64,000 nucleotides of DNA, taken from NCBI GenBank assembly GCA_964016885.1, contig OZ024740.1, forward strand, positions 51,646,001 through 51,710,000, given 5' to 3'. This DNA is from Eledone cirrhosa (taxonomy: Eukaryota). Shown in pieces: positions 1-12,372 of this stretch. A program made the position numbers and the translations under genes. The notes under the pieces are model-generated. The model was not told the origin of the DNA and did no database searches. It saw only the letters and a list, made by a program, of their open reading frames with translations. The stretch's first letter is position 1. Each line of letters begins with the position of its first letter.

Positions 1-158
1 TCTGTATTTTTGACCGTTGGTCAGTCAATGATAAACATTGAGGACCAAATGAATTAACTGTGGAGATATAAAAGATACAGAAGCGAAAACCAACCAAACA
101 GTGAGTGTGTTCTGTTATTATTTCTGACAGTATTATTACAACAATATGACTCTCCCCA

Positions 159-237
<79 letters not shown>

Positions 238-268
238 AGAAAAACCACAGACCCTCCATCTCAACTCA

Positions 269-306
269 CCTTTTGAAAAGCAGAAGAACTGCGAAACCGG
301 TAAAGG
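269..306 (+). ncRNA. Degenerate minimal hammerhead ribozyme
   Basis: cctt-TTGAAAA-gcag(aagaa)ctgc-GAAA-ccgg-TA-aagg. Stems I and II and a palindromic stem III are intact. The core differs from CTGAAGA at two positions. Confidence 0.5.
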
Positions 307-445
307 AACCAAATAAATATATATATTTTTAAAAAAAATAAGACTCCAGTTGCATTTTCGATTTCATCTCTTTTTCTTTATACTTTCACTCGTGTAGGAC
401 ACCTCGGTTATTTTTCATTTTGTAAAAAAACACCCTCACTTTCTA

Positions 446-479
<34 letters not shown>

Positions 480-578
480 GAGAGTTCGAAATAATAAACA
501 AACGCAGGAGTAAATGTTACATGTTGTTATTAGCTTCTCACTTGGTGAGAGTGTGTGTGAGGGGGGGGGAGGTTAAAA

Positions 579-671
<93 letters not shown>

Positions 672-938
672 GATATATATATATAAATGAGAGGTATAGA
701 GATTGTTTTAGCAAGAAGCTAACGGCATTCTATAACATATATGCGACTATAACGTCAAGATGGGAAAAGTAGTTAACGAAAGATTTAGGAAAAATAACTC
801 AAACTCATCTCAAAAGAGAATCAGGATATAAATTCATCCACAGAATTTAGTGAAATCCAGGGAAAAATCTATAGACCTTTAACTCATGATAAAATAAAGT
901 TTGAAACACTTATCCTTCAATTTGGAATAACATCAAAT

Positions 939-1019
939 GCTCTGTATAGTCTTAAAAGACTATTTCATGAAAACTTTCAGTGGAGATGGTGACGGTTGGA
1001 TTTCATTCATCAGCAGAGC
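939..1019 (-). ncRNA. Type I hammerhead ribozyme, all three stems intact
   Basis: Minus strand reads gctctg-CTGATGA-atgaaa...tttcat-GAAA-tagtctt(tt)aagacta-TA-cagagc: 6-bp stem I, 6-bp stem II, long stem III, canonical core, AUA cleavage triplet. Confidence 0.85.
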
Positions 1020-1269
1020 TCAACAGAAAACCAGGGCTCTCACAGTAATATAATCCGAAAAAGGGAATTCTAAAACTGGCTAGTTCGCCTTCATGTGTAA
1101 TTATGAAAAAGCACATGAGGAAAAAACGGGGCTAGTGACGTCAGGATGGAAGTGAATGTTTATTTACAAGAAATAGCAGTCAAATACATTCTGAAAAAAA
1201 CTCTACAATATATATATATATATATACAATATATATATATATATATACAATATATATATATATATATAT

Positions 1270-1372
1270 AACGAAGGAAGTGTGGTAAGGAACCAGGTGG
1301 ACCATAACGCACCAGAGTACTCAATACTAAGGGTAGTAGAGTGCTTTGCCGTCGGGGTCTTAAACATTTCCT
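1270..1372. mobile_element. Short interspersed element inserted in (TA)n
   Basis: acgaaggaagtgtggtaag...gccgtcgggg...tttcctata. Related copies at 35884-35957, 36047-36174, 58851-59008 and, inverted, about 14145-14290. Confidence 0.7.
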
Positions 1373-1471
1373 ATATATGTCAACATGAATAGACCTGCTA
1401 TTTTTATCTAAAGACATTTTTTTGCAATTCCAACCCGCTCGTCTCCTCAATCTATTTTATTTCTCATTCTT

Positions 1472-1507
1472 TCTTCTGATGAAGGACTAGCGTCCGAAAC
1501 GTTAAGA
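1472..1507 (+). ncRNA. Minimal (Penelope-type) hammerhead ribozyme
   Basis: tctt-CTGATGA-a-ggac(tagc)gtcc-GAAA-cg-TT-aaga. Confidence 0.75.
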
Positions 1508-1592
1508 CCCTCTTCCTGCTATATCAAGCGTTAACCTAATATATACCTCTCATATACTGTACCCATTGTGTTGTTATTTCTGTTTACCTTTT

Positions 1593-1638
<46 letters not shown>

Positions 1639-1639
1639 T

Positions 1640-2184
1640 AAATCGAAATAAGTTTCGAAATGAAAAAGTGAAAAAATACCCCGTTCAGCTCTCCTCGGCA
1701 AGTACCCTGAACAATTGGTATGTTTCACTTCAAAATATTTAAAAAGACTGTTTAACGCACATGGTTTTCCAGTATCTAGCTGCCGCATACTCGTTCTGCT
1801 AGAAATAACAGCCGTTTATATGGGGCTAAAGTTAGCTCTACATAAGGAGCAGTGATACTAAGAATAATGAGTTCTAAACTCAAGTATTACACGGCTCAGA
1901 AATACTTCTTTCTTCGAGCTATTTCATTGTAAAGGACTGCTTGAGTTTAGAACTCATTATTCTTAGTATCACTGCTCCTTATGTAGAGCTAACTTTAGCC
2001 CCATATAAACGGCTGTTATTTCTAGCAGAACGAGTATGCGGCAGCTAGATACTGGAAAACCATGTGCGTTAAACAGACTTTTTAAATATTTTGAAGTGAA
2101 ACATACCAATTGTTCAGGGTACTTGCCGAGGAGAGCTGAACGAGGTATTTTTTCACTTTTTCATTTCGAAACTTATTTGGATTT
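1640..2184. repeat. Long near-perfect inverted repeat (arms about 245 bp, spacer about 55 bp)
   Basis: 1640-1884 is the reverse complement of 1940-2184, with about 3 mismatches by eye. Confidence 0.95.
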
Positions 2185-2417
2185 TGAAGTTTAAACTTAT
2201 CTACGGAACAGGTTTGATTTTGAAATTTAAATTTGTCCAAGTACCACGGCAATTTGCCAATATCGTTTGTTTTTATTGATTTATTATTTTAAATCGAGAC
2301 AGGCAAACTGTATTATTATAATTAGTATTTTTCAATCTAGCTAACTTAGTCATTTACAATACAAACACTTATATGTTGGTATTTGTGTTTTATCATATAT
2401 ATTAATTTATATTAACT

Positions 2418-2499
<82 letters not shown>

Positions 2500-2804
2500 A
2501 GCCTTGAAAATGTTGACATTGAAGCAAGATGTATTCAATCACTTTCTAACTTTATGAAAATACGACTATGTTCTGCAATAATGCTTCAATAAAGATTAAC
2601 CTTATTTTCATTAATAAATAATATAAAAAGAATTAACGCAGGCTTCATAGAATAATCCACTGAAAAGGTATAATTATTCGTATCATTCAGCGTTTATCCT
2701 AATCTATCAAATTTTCCTCATAGTGAAAACAGTATTGCTGATCATTAAACGATCAGGTGGGAAATAATCTTTGCTACTATGAAGTCTGTCTGACCTTGTA
2801 TACT

Positions 2805-2930
2805 GATTTCTAATATAGGCAAAAGGCCAGCAAATTTGGGGAAAGGGTAAAGTTGATTAAATCAATCCCAGTACTTTATTATATCGGGTACTATATTATA
2901 TCGATCCAGGAAGAATGAAAGGCAAAGTTA
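2805..2930 (-). mobile_element. Diverged fragment of the Nin-domain-like tRNA-SINE
   Basis: aaggccagcaa...atcgatcc...aatgaaaggcaaagtt matches the SINE copies at 11562-12212. Confidence 0.6.
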
Positions 2931-3171
2931 ATACAGCAATTGTATTTTATCCGATCCTCTACCAATTCCGCCAATTCATCTCCCTTGTCTGACCTTGGAT
3001 GTTAAATATATAATAAGGTGATGAGTTAACAACATTTAATAAATCTCGATCTACTAAATACCTTATTCAAACCCCATAAGGATCGCCTTTCGTAATTCAA
3101 CATTAAACCAGACACGTAGAACGTCAACCGAACGATTAGGCGGGACCCTCAGATCTTTTGTTCCAGTCATG

Positions 3172-3440
3172 GATGCAGCATGGCCAAATAGTTAAGAAGT
3201 TCGCTTCACAATCGTTAGGTCCCGGGTCCGATCCCACTGTATGGCACCTTGGGAAAGTACCATTTACCTTAGTCTCGGGTTGGTTTATGCTTTGTGAGTG
3301 AAATTGAGTAAACGGAAACTGGAAGCCCATCGAATGGACTGTATTTATAATTCAAAAGACCTTGTCATACATTGTGCCACATGAATCTCCATGAGAATTA
3401 CGTTAAGGCTACCCGTGTCTGTGCTGTGTACTAGTTCAAT
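3172..3440 (+). mobile_element. tRNA-derived SINE, second family
   Basis: A/B-box-like head. Body cttgtca...tgaatct...gagaattacgttaagg...gtgtctgtg is shared with 23530-23770. Confidence 0.55.
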
Positions 3441-3874
3441 CAGTGAAAACAACGAAAGTAAATTGTAATGAAAGTGAAAACAAAAATAATATATATGTAA
3501 CTAAATTCTTCTATGGCGGAGATTCGAAATCGAATCTAAAAATTCTCGCCTCTAAAACCACCTATTGTTAGGTGTTCTTACTATTGTCCTGTCAAAAAAC
3601 AACTATGATAAATGTTATATACCACTTGACCTGTGACCCCAGACACTTGACAGACGATAGGCAAATGGCTAGTAAAACAATTAATGTAGTGATAATTGTA
3701 TCACGTTTTTATTACTCAATATTCGATGTACCAACAAATGAATTTTATTATTATAAAATAAACGTTGTCAACATCACAATTCTTCATTCTTTTTATCATT
3801 CATCCTGCAAAGAACACATCTTAACAGTTACATAGACGTGCCCCTATTCGCTACACACACACATATATATATAT

Positions 3875-4223
3875 AAAACCTGCTATGAATAGACACACCT
3901 TAATCCAATATACGCCCCACATCCCACACATCCTACTCCATCCTCCCACTTCCGCCCACACCACCCTTTCTCTGTAAAGTTATGTTGGTACTACAGAACA
4001 TCCAGCCCACACTAAAGTAGTCGTGTAGGTGTCACGACAAAAAGCACCTAGTCCACACTGTAAATGTGGTTGGCGCTAGGAAGGGTATCCAGCCGTAGAA
4101 AAATCAGCCAGAAACAGTTCTATACGAGCGAGACCCGGTCACCCGACCCAACTTGCCTCAAGTGGGACAAACTCGTCTAACCCATGCTAGCGTGGAAGAT
4201 GGACGTTAAAAGATGATGATGAT
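3875..4223 (+). mobile_element. RTE LINE 3' UTR fragment
   Basis: Homologous to 34815-35327: aggaagggtatccagccgtagaaa...cccatgctagcgtggaa...ggacgttaaa followed by a (GAT)n tail. Confidence 0.8.
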
Positions 4224-4352
4224 ATATATATATAGTTTCAATGAAAAACACGAGTAGGCCGAATTCCGATAATTTCCTTGGAATTCGGCATTCGTATGTT
4301 TTTCATTGAAGTATTTAACTCCATTCATGTACTTCCCATGAGACATTAATTC

Positions 4353-4803
4353 TGTAGCGTTCTCTAGACAGGGAAGTAGCTAGAGTTACTTCCCGTCGAA
4401 AGTCTAGAACCCTCTTTGTAACTTCCGGAAAGAGGATATAAATAGCGGCAACGCAGTCAAACTCTCTCTCTTTTTGGCGCCTTCCTTCGAATTGACAACA
4501 CTGAAGACAAGCATGTTAACTTTTCTCTGACCACCTATCATGGATCTGGACTATAACTAATCATGTACGAGAATATTTGTTTACAACAATTATAACATGG
4601 AACTACAATAAAATGAAGACTTATATTCGATACCCGTTCCGAGAAACTGCTTACGTTTTATCATTACCTTTGTAATGGGAATTAACTCTCATTCGACATG
4701 GTGTTATGTAAAAATATCTTATCCTTTTCTTTATAAAATTTAGTAGTTAGATTCCGGTGACATTTACTCGAGTAAATAACCCTGGGTCTGGCAGAACACT
4801 AAA
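4353..4803 (+). repeat. 5' LTR
   Basis: tgtagc...ctaaa, about 9 differences from the 3' LTR, TATA-like gatataaatag at about 4436. Confidence 0.95.
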
Positions 4804-5063
4804 ATGGTGACCCGACGTAAAGAAAAAAAAAAAAAAAAAAAAAAGATTATTTCCGGATACGCATAAATACTTCGTTTTCAACAAAGCCTTCGTTTTGTAT
4901 TCGCCATTTTGCTTCCTCCGTGTTACACCACTTCAACTATTCATGTTACCACCACGTGTTACCACAACTAATTTTCTTTCAAATGTGTTGTCATTGGCTG
5001 ATTCACGGAAGTTTTGCGGCAGTTAAAAAAAAAAAAACATTTCACCCGGCGGCTACTACATTC

Positions 5064-8000
5064 ATGATGAGCAATTCTTCGCTACCGACGTATTCAGGTG
5101 ATGCAGAGTTGTGGTTTGCACAACTAGATTCGTATTTTGTTGCACATGGCGTCCAAGCGGCATAACAAAGGTTACACGTGCTCATAAGTGGAATCCCTGC
5201 CTCGCTCGCCGTGTCAGTAAAGGATATCATCACAGATCCCCCACAAGGCGTCACTTATGAGACCCTTAAGGCAGAAGTGCTCAGACGGAACAGCCGTTCG
5301 TCTGAGAGCAAATTTCGTTCCTTGTTGGAGGAAAACCTGGGAGCTAGAACCCCGTCCCAGTTTTTACGGCGCATCCGGGAACTGAGTGACTCAACAGCAG
5401 AGGACAACTTTCGTAAAACAATTCTTCTTCTCCCGTTTGCCAACAAATGTGCAGACCATACTAGCAAATATAGTCGATACCAATTCTCTGGACCAAATTG
5501 CAGCCTCAGCGGACCGCATAATGGAATTTTCTCGAGTACCTACTTCGGCAGATCCACACATTGCTTCTTCTACTTTTAAAGCACAGCCTGTTCCACCTCG
5601 TGAAGACTATATTGAGAGCAACTCGTCAAGTGAGTAAACTGTGTCGGGAACGAACACATTCCAGATGGCGCCCACGAAGTCGTTCTCCTTTTCATCGTCG
5701 CGCCAAATCCCCCGCCAACAACTCGTCTTTATGTTGGTATCACGTGAGTTTTCGTGAAAAGGCGAATCATTGTATTCAACCCTGCTCTTTCGGGACTTCG
5801 GAAAACTAAACCTGGAGAATCTGGGCACGGCAGATCTCTCCCCCATTAATTCTCCTTATCGTGCCTTTTTCATAAAAGATAGAATTTCAAACAAATCGTT
5901 TATGGTCGACACAGGATCTAGTTGCAGCATTTGGCCTCTTCGGTTCAGCTCTACCAAGCCACATTTTTCCGGTATTTCCTTGTATGCAGTAAACCAGTCT
6001 CCTATAAAAACTTATGGACAAATATCTCTATCATTGGACCTAGCTTTGCGTCGGGATTTCAAATGGATTTTCGTTGTAGCGGACCTACCCACCCTATTCT
6101 CGGTGCGGATTTTTTTACACCACTACTCACTGTTAGTAGATGTCAGGAAACAGAAACTTTATCTACACATCTTTATCTACGTCTGCTCGTGGTTCTACTG
6201 TTGCCACCATAAGTCCCGCGTGTTTCATAGCTGCCTCTGGAAACCAGCTTCATTCTCTTCTTGCCTCGTTTCCCGAGTCAACTGACATTTCATTTAAACC
6301 GAACCATGTAATCCACTCGACTCGACATTTTATTACAACAACTGCTCCGCCTGTTTTTTCTCGACCACGTAGGCTGGCTCCAGACAGGCTAAAAAAAGCC
6401 AGGGATGAGTTCGATCACATGCTTCAGTTTGGTCTTATACGACCGTCCACCAGCCCATGGGCATCCCTGCTTCATTTGGCTCGTAAGGGTGAAGCGGATT
6501 TTAGACCTGTGGGTAATTATAGACGACTTATCGCTATCACAAAAGCTGATCGTTATCCTCTACCAAATTTACAGGATTTTTCATCCGCTCTGCATGGATG
6601 CAAGATATTTTCTAAAATAGATCTGGTACGGGCTTACCACCAGATACCCATGAATCCAGAGGATATACCAAAAACAGCTGTGACCACCCCTTTGGTTCAT
6701 TTGAATTCCTGTCCATACCTTTTGGTTTGCGGAATGCTTCTAGTACGTGCCAGCGTTTTATCGATGAAGTCACGCGTGGATTGGATTTCGTGTTTGCTTA
6801 CGTTGATGATCTCCTGATAGCCAGTGATTCGGATGAACATCATCATCAACATCTATCTCAGTTATTTCAACGTCTCCAATCGTACCGAGTCAGAATCAAC
6901 CCAGCTAAATGTGTGTTTGGTGCAAATTTACTGGAATTCCTCGGACACCTTATAGATTCAGAAGGCATTCGTCCTTTGCCAGCTAAAGTAGAGGCGATTC
7001 AGCAATTAGCACCACCAACATCCTTGAAACAATTACGCCATTTCTTGGGATTAACTTTTATCGTCGTTTTATTCCTGACTGTGCGGACAAGTTATTCTCC
7101 TTGACACAGTTTTAAGGGCTGCAAAAAAGAAAGATGAAAAAATTTCACTTTCTGCCGATGCATTGCAGTTTCCTTCCTTGCCCATCCTGTTGCAAATGCG
7201 AGAGATTCCTTACCTGTTGATGCATCTGATCGTGGTGTTGGCGCAGTTTGCATCATGTAATCGATCACCAAGTTCAACCATTGGCATTTTTCTCTCGCCA
7301 ATTAAAACCAGCAGAACAGAGATACAGCACCTTTGACAGAGAACTTTTGGCGATTTATCTTGCCGTGAAGCACTTCCACCATCTTTTAGAGGGGCGAGAG
7401 TTCACGATATTCACGGACCACAAACCGTTAACGTTCGCTTTACAATCCAAGTCCGACAAGTACTCTCCGAGAGCGTATAGGCATCTGGATCTCATCTCAC
7501 AGTATACCAGTGACATTCGTCACATAGCTGGAACTTTCAACATGCCTGCGGACGCACTATCTCGACTTTCTGTGTGTTCTCTTGCGTCTCCTGCACATCG
7601 ATTTAGTTGCCATTGCAACTGACCAACCTACTTTGGATTCGTTGGACATTTCCTCTGACCAGTTCTCCTGCTGCAAATTGGAATATTTACCTCTTCCATC
7701 TTCTGAAGGGAAATTCTCTGCGATGTTTCTACTGGCTCACCCAGACCGCTTGTTCCAGATTGTCATCAGCGTACCGTTTTTGATGCACTTCATTCCTTGT
7801 CACATCCTGGCATAGCTGCCACGGAGAAGCTTATTATGGCTCGATTCTTATGGCCTAATATGCGTCGTTTAATCACCGGTTGGGCACGTTCTTGCTTGAA
7901 GTGTCAGCGCTCTAAGATTCATCCGCGCTCCTCTTGGAAAATTCAGCCTGCACGACGCACGTTTCCGTTATATACACATGGATATTGTTAGTCGTGGATT

Positions 8001-8876
8001 CACATACATATTGACTTGTATCGATCGTTTCTCTCGGTGGCCTGAAGCCATACCCGTCATGGACATAACAGCAGAGTCCGTTGCCCGAGCTTTCATTTCC
8101 AATTGGATTGCTCGTTTCGGTATTCCTAATAAAATAACTACGAATCGTGGACGCCAATTTGAGGCTTCCTTATTTCGTGAAATATCACGATTCTTGGGTG
8201 CTCATCACATCCATACGACCAGCTATCACCAAGCCTCCAATGGAATGATCGAGAGGTTTCATAGACAGCTGAAAGCTGCCCTTCGCGCTACTCCTGATCC
8301 ACAACGTTGGACTGAATTTTTGCATATCGTGCTTCTTGGTTGTCGTGCTGCCATTAAGACAGATTTAGGTTTTTTTCTGCTGAACTTCTTTATGGTACCA
8401 CATTGTCTCTTCCTGGACAAATGTTAGCACCAGTGGATTCATCACATCTTGACCCAGCATCATATGTCACCAGGATTCGTTCGTATTTCTCGGATCTTCC
8501 ACCGATGAACCCTCGTGACCAATCTATTTCTTCTGCTGTCCCATCGGACATCTCTACGTGGACACAACTTTTCATACGGAATGATTCCGTCAAGGACCTC
8601 TTACGTTACCTTATAATGGACCTTTTCGTGTGCTTTCGCACACACCCAAACATTTCACAGTGGCTGTCAATGGCCGAAAAGAGACAATATCCATTGACAG
8701 AGCAAAAAAGGCTTTCTCCGAAAGTCTCATCACACTGCCTGATACACCTCGTACATACACTCCCACACCACCACTTTCACCTCCACCGCAAACACCACAT
8801 ACCACACAACCTTGTCACACGAGGTGGCAGGACGGTAAAATGGCCACGAAAACTCTCAAAAACAATATACATTTAA
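5064..8876 (+). pseudogene. Frameshifted gag-pol
   Basis: Gag ELWFAQLDSYF and CWYH..C..PC knuckle, protease MVDTGS, RT KIDLVRAYHQI and YVDDLL, RNase H FTDHKPL and ADALSR, integrase SHPG..C..C, DRFSRWPEA and NGMIERFHR. Split over more than 10 ORF pieces. Confidence 0.95.
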
Positions 8877-9214
8877 ACCCCAGTGGCATTAACATACCTC
8901 TTCTTTTTCAGTTTTCAGATAGAACTAGTGTCAGAAAAGTCTGTACACTAGTGATGTATGAACTATTTGACTTTGAAAAACATTGATTTTACCATTGAGC
9001 ATCAATATTCTCTGCTCCTTTGTATGACTATGATTTATCATTCGTTACATTCAAACATTCTTTGTAAAAATGCATTACTTATTTTATGCTCATTTTGGTA
9101 TTTGCTTGCTCATGTTTTATTCATTCATGTTCTTGTACCTTTTGTTTTGCTCCTCATGTCCTCGCTACAATGATTTCATTTGGTCAGTCGACTTCTCGTC
9201 TGAGAGGGGAGTCT

Positions 9215-9665
9215 TGTAGCGCTCTCTAGGCAGGGAAGTAGCTAGAGTTACTTCCCGTCGAAAGTCTAGAACCCTCTTTGTAACTTCCGGAAAGAGGATA
9301 TAGATAGCGGCAACGCAGTCAAGCTCTCTCTCTTTTTGGCGCCTTCCTTCGAATTGACAACACTGAAGACAAGCATGTTAACTTTTCTCTGACCACCTAT
9401 CATGGATCTGGACTATACCTAATCATGTACGAGAATATTTGTTTACAACAATTATAACATGGAACTACAATAAAATGAAGACTTATATTTGATACCCGTT
9501 CCGAGAAACTGCTTACGTTTTATCATTACCTTTGTAATGGGAATTAACTCTCATTCGACATGGTGTTATGTAAAAATATCTTATCCTTTTCTTTATAAAA
9601 TTTAGTAGTTAGATTCCGGTGACATTTACTCGAGTAAATAATCCTGGGTCCAGCAGAACACTAAA
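9215..9665 (+). repeat. 3' LTR
   Basis: Direct repeat of 4353-4803, preceded by the polypurine tract. Confidence 0.95.
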
Positions 9666-9786
9666 CATCTATGATGGAAGATACGTTTACGTTGAGTGCA
9701 TTTTTGCTTATTACATACCGGTTTGCTGATCGGAATGAGTTGAGCACAAACCCAGCTACCTATTAGTTAAACCATACAACGTAAAG

Positions 9787-10632
9787 AATGTATGTATGTT
9801 ATGTTCTTCTGGTTTTATAATTTCACAAATGTTTTTCCCAATAAAGAGAGAGTCGGTTTCTAACATAGACACAAGACTCTCTCATTGGAATTTACACAAC
9901 ATCAACTAGGTAGATTATATATGCATGTGTAGATATGGATGTTATTGTATGTGTGGATGTGTATGTTTTGAGTTGTATGTGTGCATGTGTATATGCTTTG
10001 CATCTGTACATGTGTATATGCAGTTATTAGATGCCAAAAGTTTGGAATGTTTTACATATTTTTACTGTTCCATTAATGGATTGTACTTGTAATTTCCTAA
10101 CTAGTTGTGTTCTTTCTGTTCCTGTGAAGCCCAGATTCTCAAGATTTGTATTGAGACAGTTACTAACATACCCCAGCGCCCCAATAATCACAGGCATAAA
10201 TCTGAAGGTGTAGTCAGGGTGGAGTATCTGCAGATTTCTCATTAGTTCTGCATAAATATTTTCATTTTCGCTAATCTTTGATATTATATTGGCATCTGCT
10301 GGGCAGCTAATTTCCACTACTGCGCATGCTTTCTTCTCCCTGTCCTATATCATAATATCTGGTCTGTTATGCCTGCATTTTATTGGGATTTTTACTGGAA
10401 CATTCCACTAGTACTCTTTCATATTATTTACATGGATGTCTTCCACATTGCTGTAGCTTTTAATGTGTTTATTATCGGGGCTATCTTTTTTACGAACTGC
10501 ATTGTACAGTGTTTTGGCCACTACATCATGCCTCATAGGTAGATAGTACCGCGATGACATCTTTGGACAGCTGCTAATGACATGGGTGATATCCTCGATG
10601 TTAGTTCTGCAGAGTCTGCACTTGTTAGCACT
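9787..10632 (-). mobile_element. 5'-truncated R4/Dong-like non-LTR element (CCHC finger and restriction-like endonuclease)
   Basis: CRLC..EDITHVISSC, RHDVVA, HNRPDI, EISCP, PVIIGALG, with internal stops. Bounded by (TATG)n. Confidence 0.85.
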
Positions 10633-10769
10633 TGTTATGTATGTATGTATGTATGTATGTATGTATGTATGTATGTATGTGTGTAGGCATCCATATGTAT
10701 ATGTATGTATGTGTGTAGACAGGCATCTATGTCTGTGTGTATATATGTATATAGATATATATATGTCTA

Positions 10770-11365
10770 TGTTGGTGCTACTGGTAACATGCATCCCAGT
10801 ACAACCTGTCCCATGGTCGGGTCGTTGGCGACTAAACTGGCAACCCACCAAGGTTTCTTGGTGAGGAGGGTGACTTTGGACATCCTACAGGACTAAAAAC
10901 AAAACCTGTCAAAGGGCAAAGGAGCTCTTAAGAGTCAATGGCCATCCAAAATCACCGGGAGAGATGACCCCTTAGCCTTTGTCAAGGCAGAATTCTAGCG
11001 GAAGGAAAACTCTGATATAACACCTGCAACCCTGATGGTATCCAATGATGTTGACTTGTTCTTCTTTTTGGTAAATATCATCTTGGTTAAGAGAGTGGGA
11101 CTGGCTTTGTGCAGTGCCTTTGCTCACTATAAAAGCTTCACGGCACAGGCATTGCTTTATACCTGGAGATCTCTCTGCACTTGTCGTCACATGGTACCAT
11201 GGGCCCAGCACTGTGTCAATAATTGTCACAAGTGTAGTGTTTGTACCAGAGTTTTCATGTCGTAGGCTGGACTAACAAGTCACACTCGTTCAGCGCATCG
11301 GTAGGGGTTCTCCTACATGGATATAAAGTAGTGGCCGTACTCGAAAACGAGTTGGCAGCCACCAT
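10770..11365. mobile_element. About 600-bp non-coding repeat flanked by (TATG)n (element X)
   Basis: Close inverted copy at 59025-59640 and partial copy at 38650-38850. Confidence 0.8.
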
Positions 11366-11374
11366 GTATGTATG

Positions 11375-11428
<54 letters not shown>

Positions 11429-11561
11429 CAGTGTCGAAAAGATAGCAGGAAAGAAATGAATACAAAATAAATTAGACTATTTAAAATATGAATTATAAGA
11501 AAACAATTGCAACATGGAACACGGAGTTATCAGCAAATATAAAATTCATTTATCGAAGAAA

Positions 11562-12212
11562 TAATAATTGTTTCTACTTTTAGCTAAAGACCAGCAATAT
11601 AAAGGGAAGGGGGGAAATCGATGATTAAATCGATCCTAGTGTGTTATTGGTACTTTATTTTATCTACCTTGTAAAGACGAAAGTCAAAGCTAATCTCGGT
11701 GGGATTTGCTTTCAGAACTTAAAGAGCCGTAACTATATACCGAAAAGCATGTTGTCTGGCGCTGTACCGATACTGTCAACCTACCGAAGAAATAATAATG
11801 GTTTCTTATATAGGCACAAGGCCAGCAATTTTGGGGGAGAGGAAAGTCGATTAAATCGACCCCAGTGCGTGACTGGTACTTTATTTTATCGACCCCGTAA
11901 GGATGAAAGGCAAAGTTAACCTCGGCGGGATTTGCTCTCAGAACTTAAAGGGCCGTAACTATATACCGAAAAGCATGTTGTCCCGCGCTGTACCGATACT
12001 ACCAACCTACCGAAGAAATAATAATTGTTTCTACTATTGGAACAAGGCCAGCAATTATCTCAGTGCATTACTGGTACTTTATTTTATCGACCCAGTAAGG
12101 ATGAAAGGCAAAGTTAACCTCGGCGGGATTTGAACTCAGACCATAAAGGGCCGTAACTCTGCAAAGCATGGCGTCCGACCCTCTACCGATACTGCCAATC
12201 CACCGCCCTACC
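11562..12212 (-). mobile_element. Three tandem tRNA-SINE copies (Nin/Deu-like central domain)
   Basis: Repeated aaggccagcaat...ggtactttattttatcgacccc.taaggatgaaaggcaaagttaacctcggcgggatttgaactc. The B box gagttcaaatccc is on the minus strand. Confidence 0.85.
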
Positions 12213-12372
12213 GAAGAAATAATAATGATTTCTAATTTATGAACACAACACACTCCATTTTAAATAAAAAAAGAATATATTGGATAATGTAATAAAATGT
12301 GGATAACTTCGTACGCCATGGATGAGAAAAGTTATCTGAGGTTTGGAGATTGGCCTTTTGGCTGAGAAGATA

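Larger units (their letters stand above)
4353..9665 (+). mobile_element. Full-length Ty3/Gypsy LTR retrotransposon with decayed coding region
   Basis: 451-bp LTRs at 4353-4803 and 9215-9665. PBS tggtgacccgacgt at 4805 resembles a tRNA-Trp complement. PPT gagagggga at about 9202. Domain order is gag-PR-RT-RH-IN. Confidence 0.97.

Noticed and set aside
800-980. Possible decayed GIY-YIG on the plus strand
   Set aside because: The motifs are unconvincing, and the region is better explained by the minus-strand hammerhead element.
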